Origin: Pseudomonadota bacterium
GTDB taxonomy: Bacteria > Pseudomonadota > Gammaproteobacteria > Xanthomonadales > Rhodanobacteraceae
Reading direction: 5' to 3'
Assembly: GCA_040388785.1 (NCBI GenBank)
Contig: JAZKBD010000011.1
Span: 16,401 to 80,400, forward strand
Length of the DNA: 64,000 bases
Shown here: positions 55,889-64,000 of the stretch, piece by piece
Position numbering within the stretch: position 1 is the first letter of the stretch
Layout: every line of letters begins with the position of its first letter
Translations under genes and position numbers: made by a program
Notes under the pieces: model-generated
Seen by the model: the letters and a program-made list of their open reading frames with translations, nothing else
Database searches by the model: none
What the model was told of the DNA's origin: nothing

Positions 55889-55916
55889 ATGGATCCCGGC
55901 CTGCGCCGGGATGACG
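55889..55916. repeat. REP-like hairpin element, copy 2 (inverted relative to copy 1)
   Basis: atggatcccggcctgcgccgggatgacg. Its reverse complement matches copy 1 except for two changes that keep the stem paired (t>c and a>g). Confidence 0.6.
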
Positions 55917-55938
55917 ACCAAGGCAGTGGATAATGTCT

Positions 55939-56871
55939 TCACCGCCGCAACTCCGGCCGCGCATTCAGATAGTCGACGACCGAAATCACGCGACCGCCCG
56001 CGCGTTGCAATTTCAGAATGCGCAGTACGCCTTCGCCGCAGCCGATGTCGATGCCGTGTCTGGAGGCAAGGACGATCGAGCCGGGACCCGGAATTCGGGA
56101 CTCGGGACTCGGCAAGGCAACGGCACTCCAGACTCTCAGGCGTTCACCCGCGACATCCGCTTCCGCCACCGGCCACGGATCGAACGCGCGGACCTTGCGT
56201 TCGAGTTCGGCCGCGGGTCGCGAGAAATCCAGTTCGGCTTCGGACTTCTCGAGTTTGTGCGCGTAGGTCGCACCGGTTTCGGGCTGCCGTGTTGCCTGCA
56301 AGGTTTCACAGGCGATGATGCGACGCAGACCTTCCGCCAATACGTGCGCGCCCATTCCGGCAAGCCGATCGTGCAGCGTGCCGCCGGTGTCGTCGTCGCG
56401 GATGGCCGTCGATTCCGAAAGCAGCGCGGGCCCGGTGTCGAGTCCCGCTTCCATCTGCATCAGGCACACGCCGGTTTCGGCATCGCCGGCCAGGAGCGCG
56501 CGCTGGATCGGCGCCGCACCGCGCCAGCGCGGCAACAGCGAGGCGTGCACGTTCCAGCAGCCGAGGCGCGGAATCGCCAGTACCTTGCGCGGCAGGATCA
56601 GGCCGTAGGCGATCACCACCATCAGGTCGGGCGCGTAATCGCGCAGGCGCTGTTGTGTCCCGGGTTGCTTCAGGGATTCGGGTTGCTCGACCGGAATGCC
56701 TGCGGCGAGTGCCGCCTGCTTGACCGGGCTTGGCGTCAACTTGCGTCCGCGTCCGGCGGGCCGATCGGGTTGCGTATAGACGGCAATGACGTCGCCCGCT
56801 TCGATGCACGCACGTAACCCCGGCACCGCAAAATCCGGGGTGCCGGCGAACACCAGCCGCAAGCGCGACAC
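55939..56871 (-). CDS. fmt: Methionyl-tRNA formyltransferase
   Basis: [38 protein letters not shown] start at 56871. Confidence 0.95.
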   Translation of the reverse strand: MSRLRLVFAGTPDFAVPGLRACIEAGDVIAVYTQPDRPAGRGRKLTPSPVKQAALAAGIPVEQPESLKQPGTQQRLRDYAPDLMVVIAYGLILPRKVLAIPRLGCWNVHASLLPRWRGAAPIQRALLAGDAETGVCLMQMEAGLDTGPALLSESTAIRDDDTGGTLHDRLAGMGAHVLAEGLRRIIACETLQATRQPETGATYAHKLEKSEAELDFSRPAAELERKVRAFDPWPVAEADVAGERLRVWSAVALPSPESRIPGPGSIVLASRHGIDIGCGEGVLRILKLQRAGGRVISVVDYLNARPELRR

Positions 56872-56878
56872 GGACGCG

Positions 56879-57382
56879 TCAACCCGCGTGGCGCCGCTGC
56901 TTCTCCAGCTTGCGCAGCAGCAGCGAACGTTTCAGCGGCGACAGGTAATCGACGAACACCTTGCCGACCAGATGATCCATCTCGTGCTGGATGCAAACGG
57001 CGAGCAGGCCATCGGTTTCGAGTTCGAACGTCTTGCCGGTGACGTCCTGCGCGCGCACGCGGATCCACTCCTTGCGTTCCACGTCGGCGAACACGCCCGG
57101 AAACGACAGGCAGCCTTCCTGGCACACCTCGATGCCGCGGGTCTCCAGCAGTTCGGGATTCACGAACACCTGCGGCTCGTCGTGGGCTTCGGACACATCC
57201 AGCACCAGCAGCCGTTTCTGCACGTTCACCTGGGTTGCGGCCAGGCCAATGCCGGGCGCGGCATACATCGTGTGCAGCATGTCGTCAGCCAGCCGTTTCA
57301 GAGCGGCGTCGAACGTCTCGACCTTTTGCGCGGCCAGGCGCAGGCGTGGATCGGGGAATTCGAGGATGTCGAGTTGGGCCAT
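56879..57382 (-). CDS. def: Peptide deformylase
   Basis: [17 protein letters not shown] and QHEMDHL motifs. Confidence 0.95.
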   Translation of the reverse strand: MAQLDILEFPDPRLRLAAQKVETFDAALKRLADDMLHTMYAAPGIGLAATQVNVQKRLLVLDVSEAHDEPQVFVNPELLETRGIEVCQEGCLSFPGVFADVERKEWIRVRAQDVTGKTFELETDGLLAVCIQHEMDHLVGKVFVDYLSPLKRSLLLRKLEKQRRHAG

Positions 57383-57578
57383 GACGGAATGCGGAACCGG
57401 GGAACAGGGGCTAGATGGGGACGGCCGGGGCCATTTTCAGCCCGCATAGCCTAGCAGCGGGGCGGACTTTCCCGCGGTTTCGAACACCCCGTCACCAAAC
57501 GTGAAGTTTTTGCTTGCCGACGCCGACCTTTCGGGTACACTCGGCTGAAATCCGTGGGGGATCGGGGGATTGCCGGTC

Positions 57579-58697
57579 ATGTTTAAGAAACTGCTTGCGC
57601 TGAGCGCGGGTTTGTTGATCACATTCGGCGCATACGCAGCTGGAGCCCAGCTGCGCGCCGATCACCCGCACACCTACGTGGTCAAGAAAGGCGACACGCT
57701 GTGGAGCATCTCGGCGCGTTTCCTCACGAAGCCATGGTTGTGGCCTGAAATCTGGGATGTCAACCAGCAGGTCTACAATCCGCATCGCATCTATCCGGGC
57801 GACGTGCTGGACCTCGACGTGAATGGCTTGCGCGTGACCAAGCGCGCCACGGTCGAAGCCAATCCAATCCCGACGGTGCCGCTGTCCGCGATCGAGCCGT
57901 TCCTCAAGGATTTCCGCGTGCTCACGGCGGCGCAGGTGCAGCAGACGCCCTATGTGGTGGCGGTCGAGGAAAACGAACCGCGCGCCACCGAAGGCATGAA
58001 CCTGTACGTGCGCAACCTGCCCGCGGCGACGATCGGGCAGCGCTTCGCGATCGTGCGTCCGACCCACGTGTTCCGCCAGTTCAACGACGGCGGGCGGATC
58101 GATGACGTCGGCCATCTGCTCAACAGCAACGTGGATCTCGCGCCGGGTCCGTGGCAGGAAGATTTCCGCAACGATGGCCACTTCGGCCGCGGCAATGAAA
58201 TCGGCACCGAGGTGCGCGTGATCGGCACCGCGCAGGTGCTGAAGAACGGCGATCCGGCCACGCTGCTGCTCACCAACGCGCGCATGGAAATCCGCGCGGG
58301 CGACCGTTTGATGCCGGTCGACGACACGCCGTACGACTTCACCTACTATCCGCATCCGCCGCGCAATGCCCCGGCCGACGCCTACATCATGGCGCTGTCC
58401 AACGGCTACGACGGCATCTCCGTGCAAGGCCCGATGGACGTGGTGGCACTCAACGTCGGCAGCGATGACGGCGTCGACAACGGCACCACCTTCGCGATCT
58501 ACCAGCCTGGAGAAACCGTGACTGACCTGGTGCAGGGCAACACCACGCGCCGCGAGTTCGGTCCGAAGGTCAAGCTGCCCAGCGAGTTCGTGGGCCACCT
58601 GATGGTGTTCCGCACCTTCGCGCATGTGAGCTACGGGCTGGTGATGGACGGCATTCGTCCGGTGAGGGTCGGCGATACGTTGCAAGCGCCGCAGTAA
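57579..58697 (+). CDS. LysM-domain periplasmic protein, TsaP-like by position (between def and dprA)
   Basis: A signal peptide is followed by the LysM domain YVVKKGDTLWSISARFLTKPWLWPEIWDVNQQVYNPHRIYPGDVL. It has the same genomic position as Pseudomonas/Neisseria TsaP. ATG 57579 is preferred over TTG 57570. Confidence 0.7.
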   Translation: MFKKLLALSAGLLITFGAYAAGAQLRADHPHTYVVKKGDTLWSISARFLTKPWLWPEIWDVNQQVYNPHRIYPGDVLDLDVNGLRVTKRATVEANPIPTVPLSAIEPFLKDFRVLTAAQVQQTPYVVAVEENEPRATEGMNLYVRNLPAATIGQRFAIVRPTHVFRQFNDGGRIDDVGHLLNSNVDLAPGPWQEDFRNDGHFGRGNEIGTEVRVIGTAQVLKNGDPATLLLTNARMEIRAGDRLMPVDDTPYDFTYYPHPPRNAPADAYIMALSNGYDGISVQGPMDVVALNVGSDDGVDNGTTFAIYQPGETVTDLVQGNTTRREFGPKVKLPSEFVGHLMVFRTFAHVSYGLVMDGIRPVRVGDTLQAPQ

Positions 58698-58721
58698 GCG
58701 GCATCGGGAGATTCCTACACG

Positions 58722-58753
58722 ACGGCGCGGTCCAGACCGCGCCGTTTGTTTTT
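58722..58753 (+). terminator. Rho-independent terminator after the LysM gene
   Basis: acggcgcgg-tccaga-ccgcgccgt followed by ttgttttt. Confidence 0.7.
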
Positions 58754-58776
58754 GCGGCAGCCCTACACTTGCCGGC

Positions 58777-59916
58777 ATGACCGACGATGATGAACTGCTC
58801 GCCTGGCTGACCTTGCTGCGCGCGCCCGGCTTGGGCGGCGCAGGCCTGCGCGCCTTGTTGCAGCGCGCGGGGTCGGCGCGGGCGATTTGCCGCGATGCCC
58901 GCAAACTGCGCGCGGCCGGACTCGAACCCGCCGCATTGGAATGGATCGTCCATCCCGAAACCGCGCGCCTGGATGCCGACCTGGCATGGCTGGCGCAGCC
59001 CGGCCATCGCCTGCTGCATTGCGACGAGGTCGATTTCCCGCCGCAACTCGAAACGATTCCGCAGCCGCCCGCAGCGTTGTTCGCCGCGGGCGATCCGGCC
59101 GTACTGCTGGCGCCGCAAATCGCGATCGTCGGCGCCCGCAGCGCCACCGCACAAGGCCTGGCCAATGCACGCGACTTCGCGCGCACCTTGAGCCGCGCAG
59201 GTCTCACCGTCACCAGTGGCATGGCCGACGGCATCGACGGCGCGGCCCACACCGCGGCACTCGATGCGGGTGGCCAGACCGTGGCCGTGGTCGGCACGGG
59301 ACCCGACGTGGTCTATCCGCGCAAGCATCGCGACCTGGCGGCCCGTATCGTCCAGCAGGGCGCGATCGTCAGCGAGTTTCCGCCCGGCACCGAAGCGCGC
59401 CCCGATCACTTCCCGCGCCGCAACCGCCTGATCGCCGGGCTTTCGCTGGGTACGCTGGTGGTGGAAGCGGGTTTGCAATCGGGCTCGCTGATCACCGCGC
59501 GGCTGGCGGCGGAAGCAGGTCGCGAGGTGTTCGCGTTGCCGGGCTCCATCCACAATCCATTGGCCAAGGGCTGCCATCGCCTGATCCGGGATGGCGCGCG
59601 ACTGGTCGAAACGGCCGCCGAGGTGATCGAAGCCCTGGCGCCGGCCGCGCAGGCCCAGGGTGCCGGGTTGCGCGCGCGCCTGGAAGCCGACGGGGAGGAG
59701 GCAGATCCAGGTTCCGATGCCAGAACGCAAGATCCTGATTACGTGAAACTTCTTACCACATTGGGGGATGTCCCGGCCTCGCTGGACGAACTTGCCGATC
59801 GTACCGGGCTGACGCCCGCGGCGCTGTCCTCGATGCTGCTATTGCTGGAGCTGGAAGGGGTGGTCGCGCCGTCCGTGAACGGCCGCTGGCAGCGCATCGT
59901 CACCGGCAAAGCTTGA
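58777..59916 (+). CDS. dprA: DNA-processing protein DprA (Smf)
   Basis: IVGARSATAQG, VTSGMADGIDGAAHTAAL, FPRRNRLIAGLS, VVEAGLQSGSLITARLAAEAGREVFALPGSI. Confidence 0.9.
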   Translation: MTDDDELLAWLTLLRAPGLGGAGLRALLQRAGSARAICRDARKLRAAGLEPAALEWIVHPETARLDADLAWLAQPGHRLLHCDEVDFPPQLETIPQPPAALFAAGDPAVLLAPQIAIVGARSATAQGLANARDFARTLSRAGLTVTSGMADGIDGAAHTAALDAGGQTVAVVGTGPDVVYPRKHRDLAARIVQQGAIVSEFPPGTEARPDHFPRRNRLIAGLSLGTLVVEAGLQSGSLITARLAAEAGREVFALPGSIHNPLAKGCHRLIRDGARLVETAAEVIEALAPAAQAQGAGLRARLEADGEEADPGSDARTQDPDYVKLLTTLGDVPASLDELADRTGLTPAALSSMLLLLELEGVVAPSVNGRWQRIVTGKA

Positions 59917-59987
59917 CACGCCTACCCCGCGCATGTGTTCACTATATACAGGGGCGGACCCAAGCCGCCCACGGATAACGTCCAGAC

Positions 59988-62504
59988 ATGGCCAAGAACC
60001 TGCTCATCGTCGAGTCGCCCGCCAAGGCCAAGACGATCAACAAATACCTCGGCGACGATTTCAAGGTGCTGGCGTCGTACGGTCACGTCCGCGACCTGGT
60101 GCCGAAGGAAGGCGCGGTCGATCCCGACCACGACTTCAGGATGGACTACGCGCTGATCGACAAGAACATCAAGCACGTGGATGAGATCGCCAAGGCGGCC
60201 AAGGTCGCCGAGTCGATCTATCTGGCCACCGACCTGGATCGCGAAGGCGAGGCGATCAGCTGGCACATCAGCGAGATCCTGAAAGAACGCGGGTTGCTGA
60301 AGGACAAGGAAACCCACCGCGTGGTGTTTTCCGAAATCACGCCGCGCGCCATCAAGGAAGCCGTTGCGCATCCGCGCAAACTGTCGCACGACATGGTCGA
60401 CGCCCAGCAGGCGCGCCGCGCGCTGGATTACCTGGTCGGCTTCAACCTGTCGCCGGTGCTGTGGCGCAAGGTCCAGCGCGGGTTGTCGGCCGGGCGCGTG
60501 CAGTCGCCGGCGTTGCGGATGATCGTCGAGCGCGAGGAAGAGATCGAAGCTTTCGTGCCGCGCGAATACTGGTCGGTCGAGGCGAAGCTCGCGCACAAGG
60601 ACGGCGAATTCACGGCGCGGCTGGTGAAGCTCGGCGGCAAGAAATTCGAGCAGTTCGATCTCACCAACGCCAGCGACGCCCACGCGGCGCGCGACTCGCT
60701 GTTGAAAGCCGCGGGCGGGAAACTCGTCGTCGGCGATATCCAGTCGAAACAGCGCCAGCGTCGTCCCGCGGCGCCGTTCACCACGTCCACGCTGCAGCAG
60801 GAAGCCGCGCGCAAGCTTGGCATGGCGACCTCGCGCACCATGCGCATCGCGCAGGGCCTGTACGAAGGTGTCAGCCTGGGCGGCGAGGGCAATGTCGGCC
60901 TGATCACCTACATGCGTACCGACTCGACGCATCTTTCCGGCGAAGCGATCGGCGAGTTGCGCCAGACCATCGAGCGCGAGTTCGGCAAGCAGGGCCTGCC
61001 CGAGCACGCGATGGTCTACAAGACCAAGTCCAAGAATGCGCAGGAAGCGCACGAGGCGATCCGTCCGACTTCCGCGTTGCGCACGCCGAAATCCGTCGCG
61101 GCGTATCTCGCGCCCGACCAGTTGAAGCTGTACGAGCTGGTCTGGAAACGCGCGGTGGCCTGCCAGATGAAGCCGGCGACGCTCAACACGGTGTCGGTGG
61201 AGTTTCCCTGCGGCCATGACGCCGGCTTCCGCGCCACCGGTACCACGGTGGTCGATCCGGGTTTCCTCGCGGTCTACGAAGAAGGCCGCGACGCCAAATC
61301 GGACGAAGACGAGGAGGCGCGCAAGCTGCCCGCGCTGGACAAAGGCGAAGCCGTGCCGCTCACCGACATCGCGACCGACCAGCACTTCACCGAGCCGCCG
61401 CCGCGTTATTCCGAAGCCTCGCTGGTCAAGACGCTGGAGGAATACGGCATCGGCCGGCCATCGACGTACGCCAGCATCATCCAGACGCTGCTGTCGCGCG
61501 AATACGTGATCCTCGATTCGCGCCGCTTCAAGCCGACCGACGTGGGCCGCGCGGTCGCCAAGTTCCTCACCGCGCACTTCACGCAGTACGTCGACTACGA
61601 CTTCACCGCGAAACTCGAGGACGAACTCGATGCCGTCAGCCGCGGCGAGGAGGAATGGCGTCCGCTGATGGCCGGGTTCTGGAAACCGTTCAAGGCGCTG
61701 GTGGACGACAAGATGGAATCGGTCGATCGCAGCGAGGCAACCGGCGCGCGCCTGCTCGGCGACGATCCCAAGACCGGCAAGCCCGTCTCGGTGCGGCTCG
61801 GCCGCTACGGGCCATACGCCGCGCTCGGCGACAAGGACAAGGACGACGAGAAACTGAAATTCGCATCGCTCTTGCCCGGCCAGAGCATGCACACCATCAC
61901 GCTGGAAGAGGCGCTGGAACTTTTCAAGCTGCCGCGCCACCTCGGTGCGGATGGCGATGGCGAGGAGATTTCCGCCGGCATGGGCCGCTTCGGTCCATTC
62001 GTGAAAAAGGGCGAGCTGTACGCCTCGATCAAGGACGGCGAGAGCGCCTACACCATCACGCTGGAACGCGCGAAGGAATTGATTCGCGAGAAGCAGGAAT
62101 TGATCGCCAATCGCGTGATCGCCGATTTCGGCGACGGCATCGAGGTGTTGAACGGTCGCTACGGCCCTTACATCACGGATGGCGAGAAGAACGCGAAGAT
62201 TCCCAAGGATCGCGACCCCAAATCGCTGACGCACGCCGAATGCAAGGCGCTGATCGAAGCGGCGCCGGTGCGGCGCGGGCGCGGCGCGTTCAAGAAAGCG
62301 GCGGCGAAGAAAACCGCGGAGAAGCAAGCGCCCGCGAAAAAAGCCACTGCAAAAAAGGCCATGGCAAAAAAGGCCGCGAAGAAATCCGCGACCAGGAAAT
62401 CCGCCGCGAAAAAAGCCGCAGCGAGGAAAACCGCGGCAAAGAAAAAGGCGAGCGCAAAAACAGCCACGCCAGCCGAACCGGACACGCCGCCCTTCGACGT
62501 CTGA
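59988..62504 (+). CDS. topA: DNA topoisomerase I with Cys-less C-terminal repeats and a Lys/Ala-rich tail
   Basis: The Toprim start is MAKNLLIVESPAKAKTINKYLG. The active-site region reads GLITYMRTDST. C-terminal GRYGPY/GRFGPF repeats are followed by ~70 aa of AKKA-type basic tail. Confidence 0.95.
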   Translation: MAKNLLIVESPAKAKTINKYLGDDFKVLASYGHVRDLVPKEGAVDPDHDFRMDYALIDKNIKHVDEIAKAAKVAESIYLATDLDREGEAISWHISEILKERGLLKDKETHRVVFSEITPRAIKEAVAHPRKLSHDMVDAQQARRALDYLVGFNLSPVLWRKVQRGLSAGRVQSPALRMIVEREEEIEAFVPREYWSVEAKLAHKDGEFTARLVKLGGKKFEQFDLTNASDAHAARDSLLKAAGGKLVVGDIQSKQRQRRPAAPFTTSTLQQEAARKLGMATSRTMRIAQGLYEGVSLGGEGNVGLITYMRTDSTHLSGEAIGELRQTIEREFGKQGLPEHAMVYKTKSKNAQEAHEAIRPTSALRTPKSVAAYLAPDQLKLYELVWKRAVACQMKPATLNTVSVEFPCGHDAGFRATGTTVVDPGFLAVYEEGRDAKSDEDEEARKLPALDKGEAVPLTDIATDQHFTEPPPRYSEASLVKTLEEYGIGRPSTYASIIQTLLSREYVILDSRRFKPTDVGRAVAKFLTAHFTQYVDYDFTAKLEDELDAVSRGEEEWRPLMAGFWKPFKALVDDKMESVDRSEATGARLLGDDPKTGKPVSVRLGRYGPYAALGDKDKDDEKLKFASLLPGQSMHTITLEEALELFKLPRHLGADGDGEEISAGMGRFGPFVKKGELYASIKDGESAYTITLERAKELIREKQELIANRVIADFGDGIEVLNGRYGPYITDGEKNAKIPKDRDPKSLTHAECKALIEAAPVRRGRGAFKKAAAKKTAEKQAPAKKATAKKAMAKKAAKKSATRKSAAKKAAARKTAAKKKASAKTATPAEPDTPPFDV

Positions 62505-62512
62505 GCTTTTCT

Positions 62513-62636
62513 CCCTCTCCCCAAGCGGTTTCATCGCTTGGGGGAGAGGGTCGGGGTGAGGGGGCCTTGTGCAAGTTGCGCCCAAGCCCCCTCACCCTAC
62601 CCTCTCCCCCGACAAGGAGCCGGTCGGGGGAGAGGG
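62513..62636. repeat. Cluster of three GGGAGAGGG/CCCTCTCCC-type hairpin repeats (REP/BIME-like)
   Basis: Hairpin 1 at 62513-62550: ccctctccccaagcg / cgcttgggggagaggg. Hairpin 2 at 62554-62597: gggtgagggggc / gccccctcaccc. Hairpin 3 at 62600-62636: ccctctcccccgac / gtcgggggagaggg, a perfect 14-bp stem. Confidence 0.65.
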
Positions 62637-62662
62637 TTTAATGCAAGCTGCCCGAGTGAACG

Positions 62663-63226
62663 ATGCTGTATTTCAATTCCGATCAAATCGAAGCCGCCGC
62701 TGCACTGCTGCGCAGCGGTGGCGTGCTCGCGTATCCCACCGAAGGCGTGTACGGAGTCGGTTGCGACCCCGACGACCGCGCGGCTTTCGAAAAGATCTTC
62801 GCGATGAAGCGACGCGCACCCGAGCAGGGCGTGTTGCTGATCGCCGCCGACATCGCGCAAGTGCGGGATTGGGTCGGCGACGCGCCCGAATCGGCGTGGC
62901 AACGCGCGCGCGCGGCGTGGCCCGGTGCGCACACCTTCATCTTCCCGCGCTCGCCGCGCGTGCCGGAATGGATTGCGGGCGGACATGCGGGCGTCGCGCT
63001 GCGCGTCACCGCGCATGCGCCAGCGGTCGCGCTGTGCCGCGCCTTCGGGGGCCCGATCGTTTCCACCAGCGCCAACCGCCACGGCGAGCCGCCCGCGCGC
63101 AACGCCGCCGACGTCCATGCGATCTTCGGCGACGAGCCCGACGGCGTGCTGGACGCGCCGCTGGGCGGCCTCGACAAGCCCACGCCGATCACCGACGCGG
63201 TGACCGGCGCTATCATCCGCACCTGA
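62663..63226 (+). CDS. tsaC: L-threonylcarbamoyladenylate synthase, TsaC/YrdC type 1
   Basis: LLRSGGVLAYPTEGVYGVGCDPDD, KRRAPEQGVLLIA, STSANRHGEPP. Confidence 0.9.
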   Translation: MLYFNSDQIEAAAALLRSGGVLAYPTEGVYGVGCDPDDRAAFEKIFAMKRRAPEQGVLLIAADIAQVRDWVGDAPESAWQRARAAWPGAHTFIFPRSPRVPEWIAGGHAGVALRVTAHAPAVALCRAFGGPIVSTSANRHGEPPARNAADVHAIFGDEPDGVLDAPLGGLDKPTPITDAVTGAIIRT

Positions 63227-63244
63227 GGAACTGGGGAGTTTCCT

Positions 63245-64000
63245 GTGTCGAGCGTTCATCCAACACCGCAAAGCCTGGTGACCGGGCCGTCGCGGCCCTT
63301 GCTCGCGGATGCAGCGCCTGAACGCGTGGTCGCCTGGCGCGGCGGCCGGCCCGTCGCGGTCGGCGAGTTCCTTGCCGACGTCACGCAATTGGCCGCGCGC
63401 CTGCCCACCGCGCAGGCGGCCGTGAATCTGTGCGAGGACCGCTACGCGTTCCTGGTGGCGTTCGCGGCGTTGCTGGTGCGCGGACAAACCAACCTGCTGC
63501 CGCCCTCGCGCGCGGCGCACGCGATCGACGAAACACTCGCGGCGCACCCGGACAGCTACACGCTGGGCGACGCGGCGCTCGATCCGGTTCCGCCGCACTA
63601 TTTTCGCTTCGACCTCGCGCACGATGCGGCCGAGGTGCCGCGTTCGATGCTGATCGCCGGCGACGCCCTGGCCGCCGTGGGTTACACCTCCGGTTCGACC
63701 GGCGTCCCGCGCGCGAATCCCAAGCGCTGGGACAAGCTGGCGATTTCCACCGCACACAACGATGCGCTGCTGCGCACGCTGGCGGGTGGCGATTACCACG
63801 TGGTCGCGACGGTGCCGCCGCAGCACATGTACGGACTGGAATTTTCCGTGCTGCTGCCCTTGTCCGGCCGTGCATCGGTTTGCGCAAGCAAGCCGTTTTT
63901 TGCGGCCGACATCGAGGCTTCGCTGCAACAGCTGCCCGAGCCCCGCATTCTCGTGACCACGCCGGTGCATCTGCGCGCGCTGCTGGATTCCGGGCAGCCC
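63245..64000 (+). CDS. AMP-dependent synthetase/ligase family protein (3' end outside window)
   Basis: This gene is not in the ORF track because it runs off the window. My own translation from GTG 63245 gives VSSVHPTPQSLVTGP...AVGYTSGSTGVPRANPKRW (AMP-binding P-loop-like motif)...VVATVPPQHMYGLEFSVLLPL, with very high GC3. A GGGGAG Shine-Dalgarno lies upstream. Confidence 0.65.
   Translation, partial: MSSVHPTPQSLVTGPSRPLLADAAPERVVAWRGGRPVAVGEFLADVTQLAARLPTAQAAVNLCEDRYAFLVAFAALLVRGQTNLLPPSRAAHAIDETLAAHPDSYTLGDAALDPVPPHYFRFDLAHDAAEVPRSMLIAGDALAAVGYTSGSTGVPRANPKRWDKLAISTAHNDALLRTLAGGDYHVVATVPPQHMYGLEFSVLLPLSGRASVCASKPFFAADIEASLQQLPEPRILVTTPVHLRALLDSGQP

Noticed and set aside
62281-62470. Repetitive gcgaagaaa/gcaaaaaag DNA that could look like a tandem or CRISPR-like repeat.
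   Set aside because: It lies in frame inside topA and encodes the AKKA basic tail. There is no repeat-spacer periodicity.
59922-62585. 887-aa minus-strand ORF opposite topA.
   Set aside because: It is antisense to a canonical topoisomerase I and has low-complexity, Arg/Phe/Leu-rich composition, so it is a shadow ORF. The same reasoning applies to 28620..30872 (+, opposite putA), 35250..37112 (-, opposite the retropepsin-TPR gene), 53167..55725 (+), 38799..40613 (-), 16361..17845 (+), 17511..18992 (-) and the many shorter overlapping ORFs in the track.

Overview
GC-rich chromosomal segment. Third codon positions are almost all G/C, so long spurious antisense ORFs are everywhere. Gene content, gene order and repeat types look gammaproteobacterial, Xanthomonadales/Rhodanobacteraceae-like; this is inference only. 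I support about 55 protein genes. I saw no rRNA, tRNA, CRISPR array, IS element or prophage. Layout: (1) 1-16.4 kb is mostly housekeeping: 3' part of a TonB-dependent receptor, a TPR-sulfotransferase, xerC/DUF484/dapF/lptM, a Sel1-repeat protein, a GNAT/RimK-like pair, aroE, a gamma-carbonic anhydrase, prlC and a Kef-type K+ antiporter. (2) 16.4-27.5 kb looks accessory: a 1160-aa membrane-anchored ankyrin-repeat protein, a FadL-family porin, four tandem FtsX/MacB-type permease genes with no ATPase, and a DUF4168 protein. (3) 27.7-30.9 kb is putA. (4) 31-45.6 kb is an extended aa3-type cytochrome c oxidase, heme A and copper-delivery supercluster. It is interrupted by a retropepsin-TPR protein and a PAS-GGDEF-EAL protein, and one cluster gene appears frameshifted. 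(5) 45.7-54.3 kb is an LPS-core-like glycosyltransferase island built from paralog pairs (2x GT39/ArnT-like, 2x GT9, 2x GT1/GT4, 1x GT2). (6) 54.5-64 kb is the conserved rsmB-fmt-def / LysM(TsaP-like)-dprA-topA-tsaC block, with REP-like hairpin repeats in two intergenic regions, followed by the start of an AMP-ligase gene. The items I would look at first are the orphan A-B-A-B permease array, the polytopic giant ankyrin protein, the double-retropepsin-TPR protein inside the cox cluster, and the frameshifted cox-cluster gene. All functional calls come from motif recognition by eye; no database search was possible.
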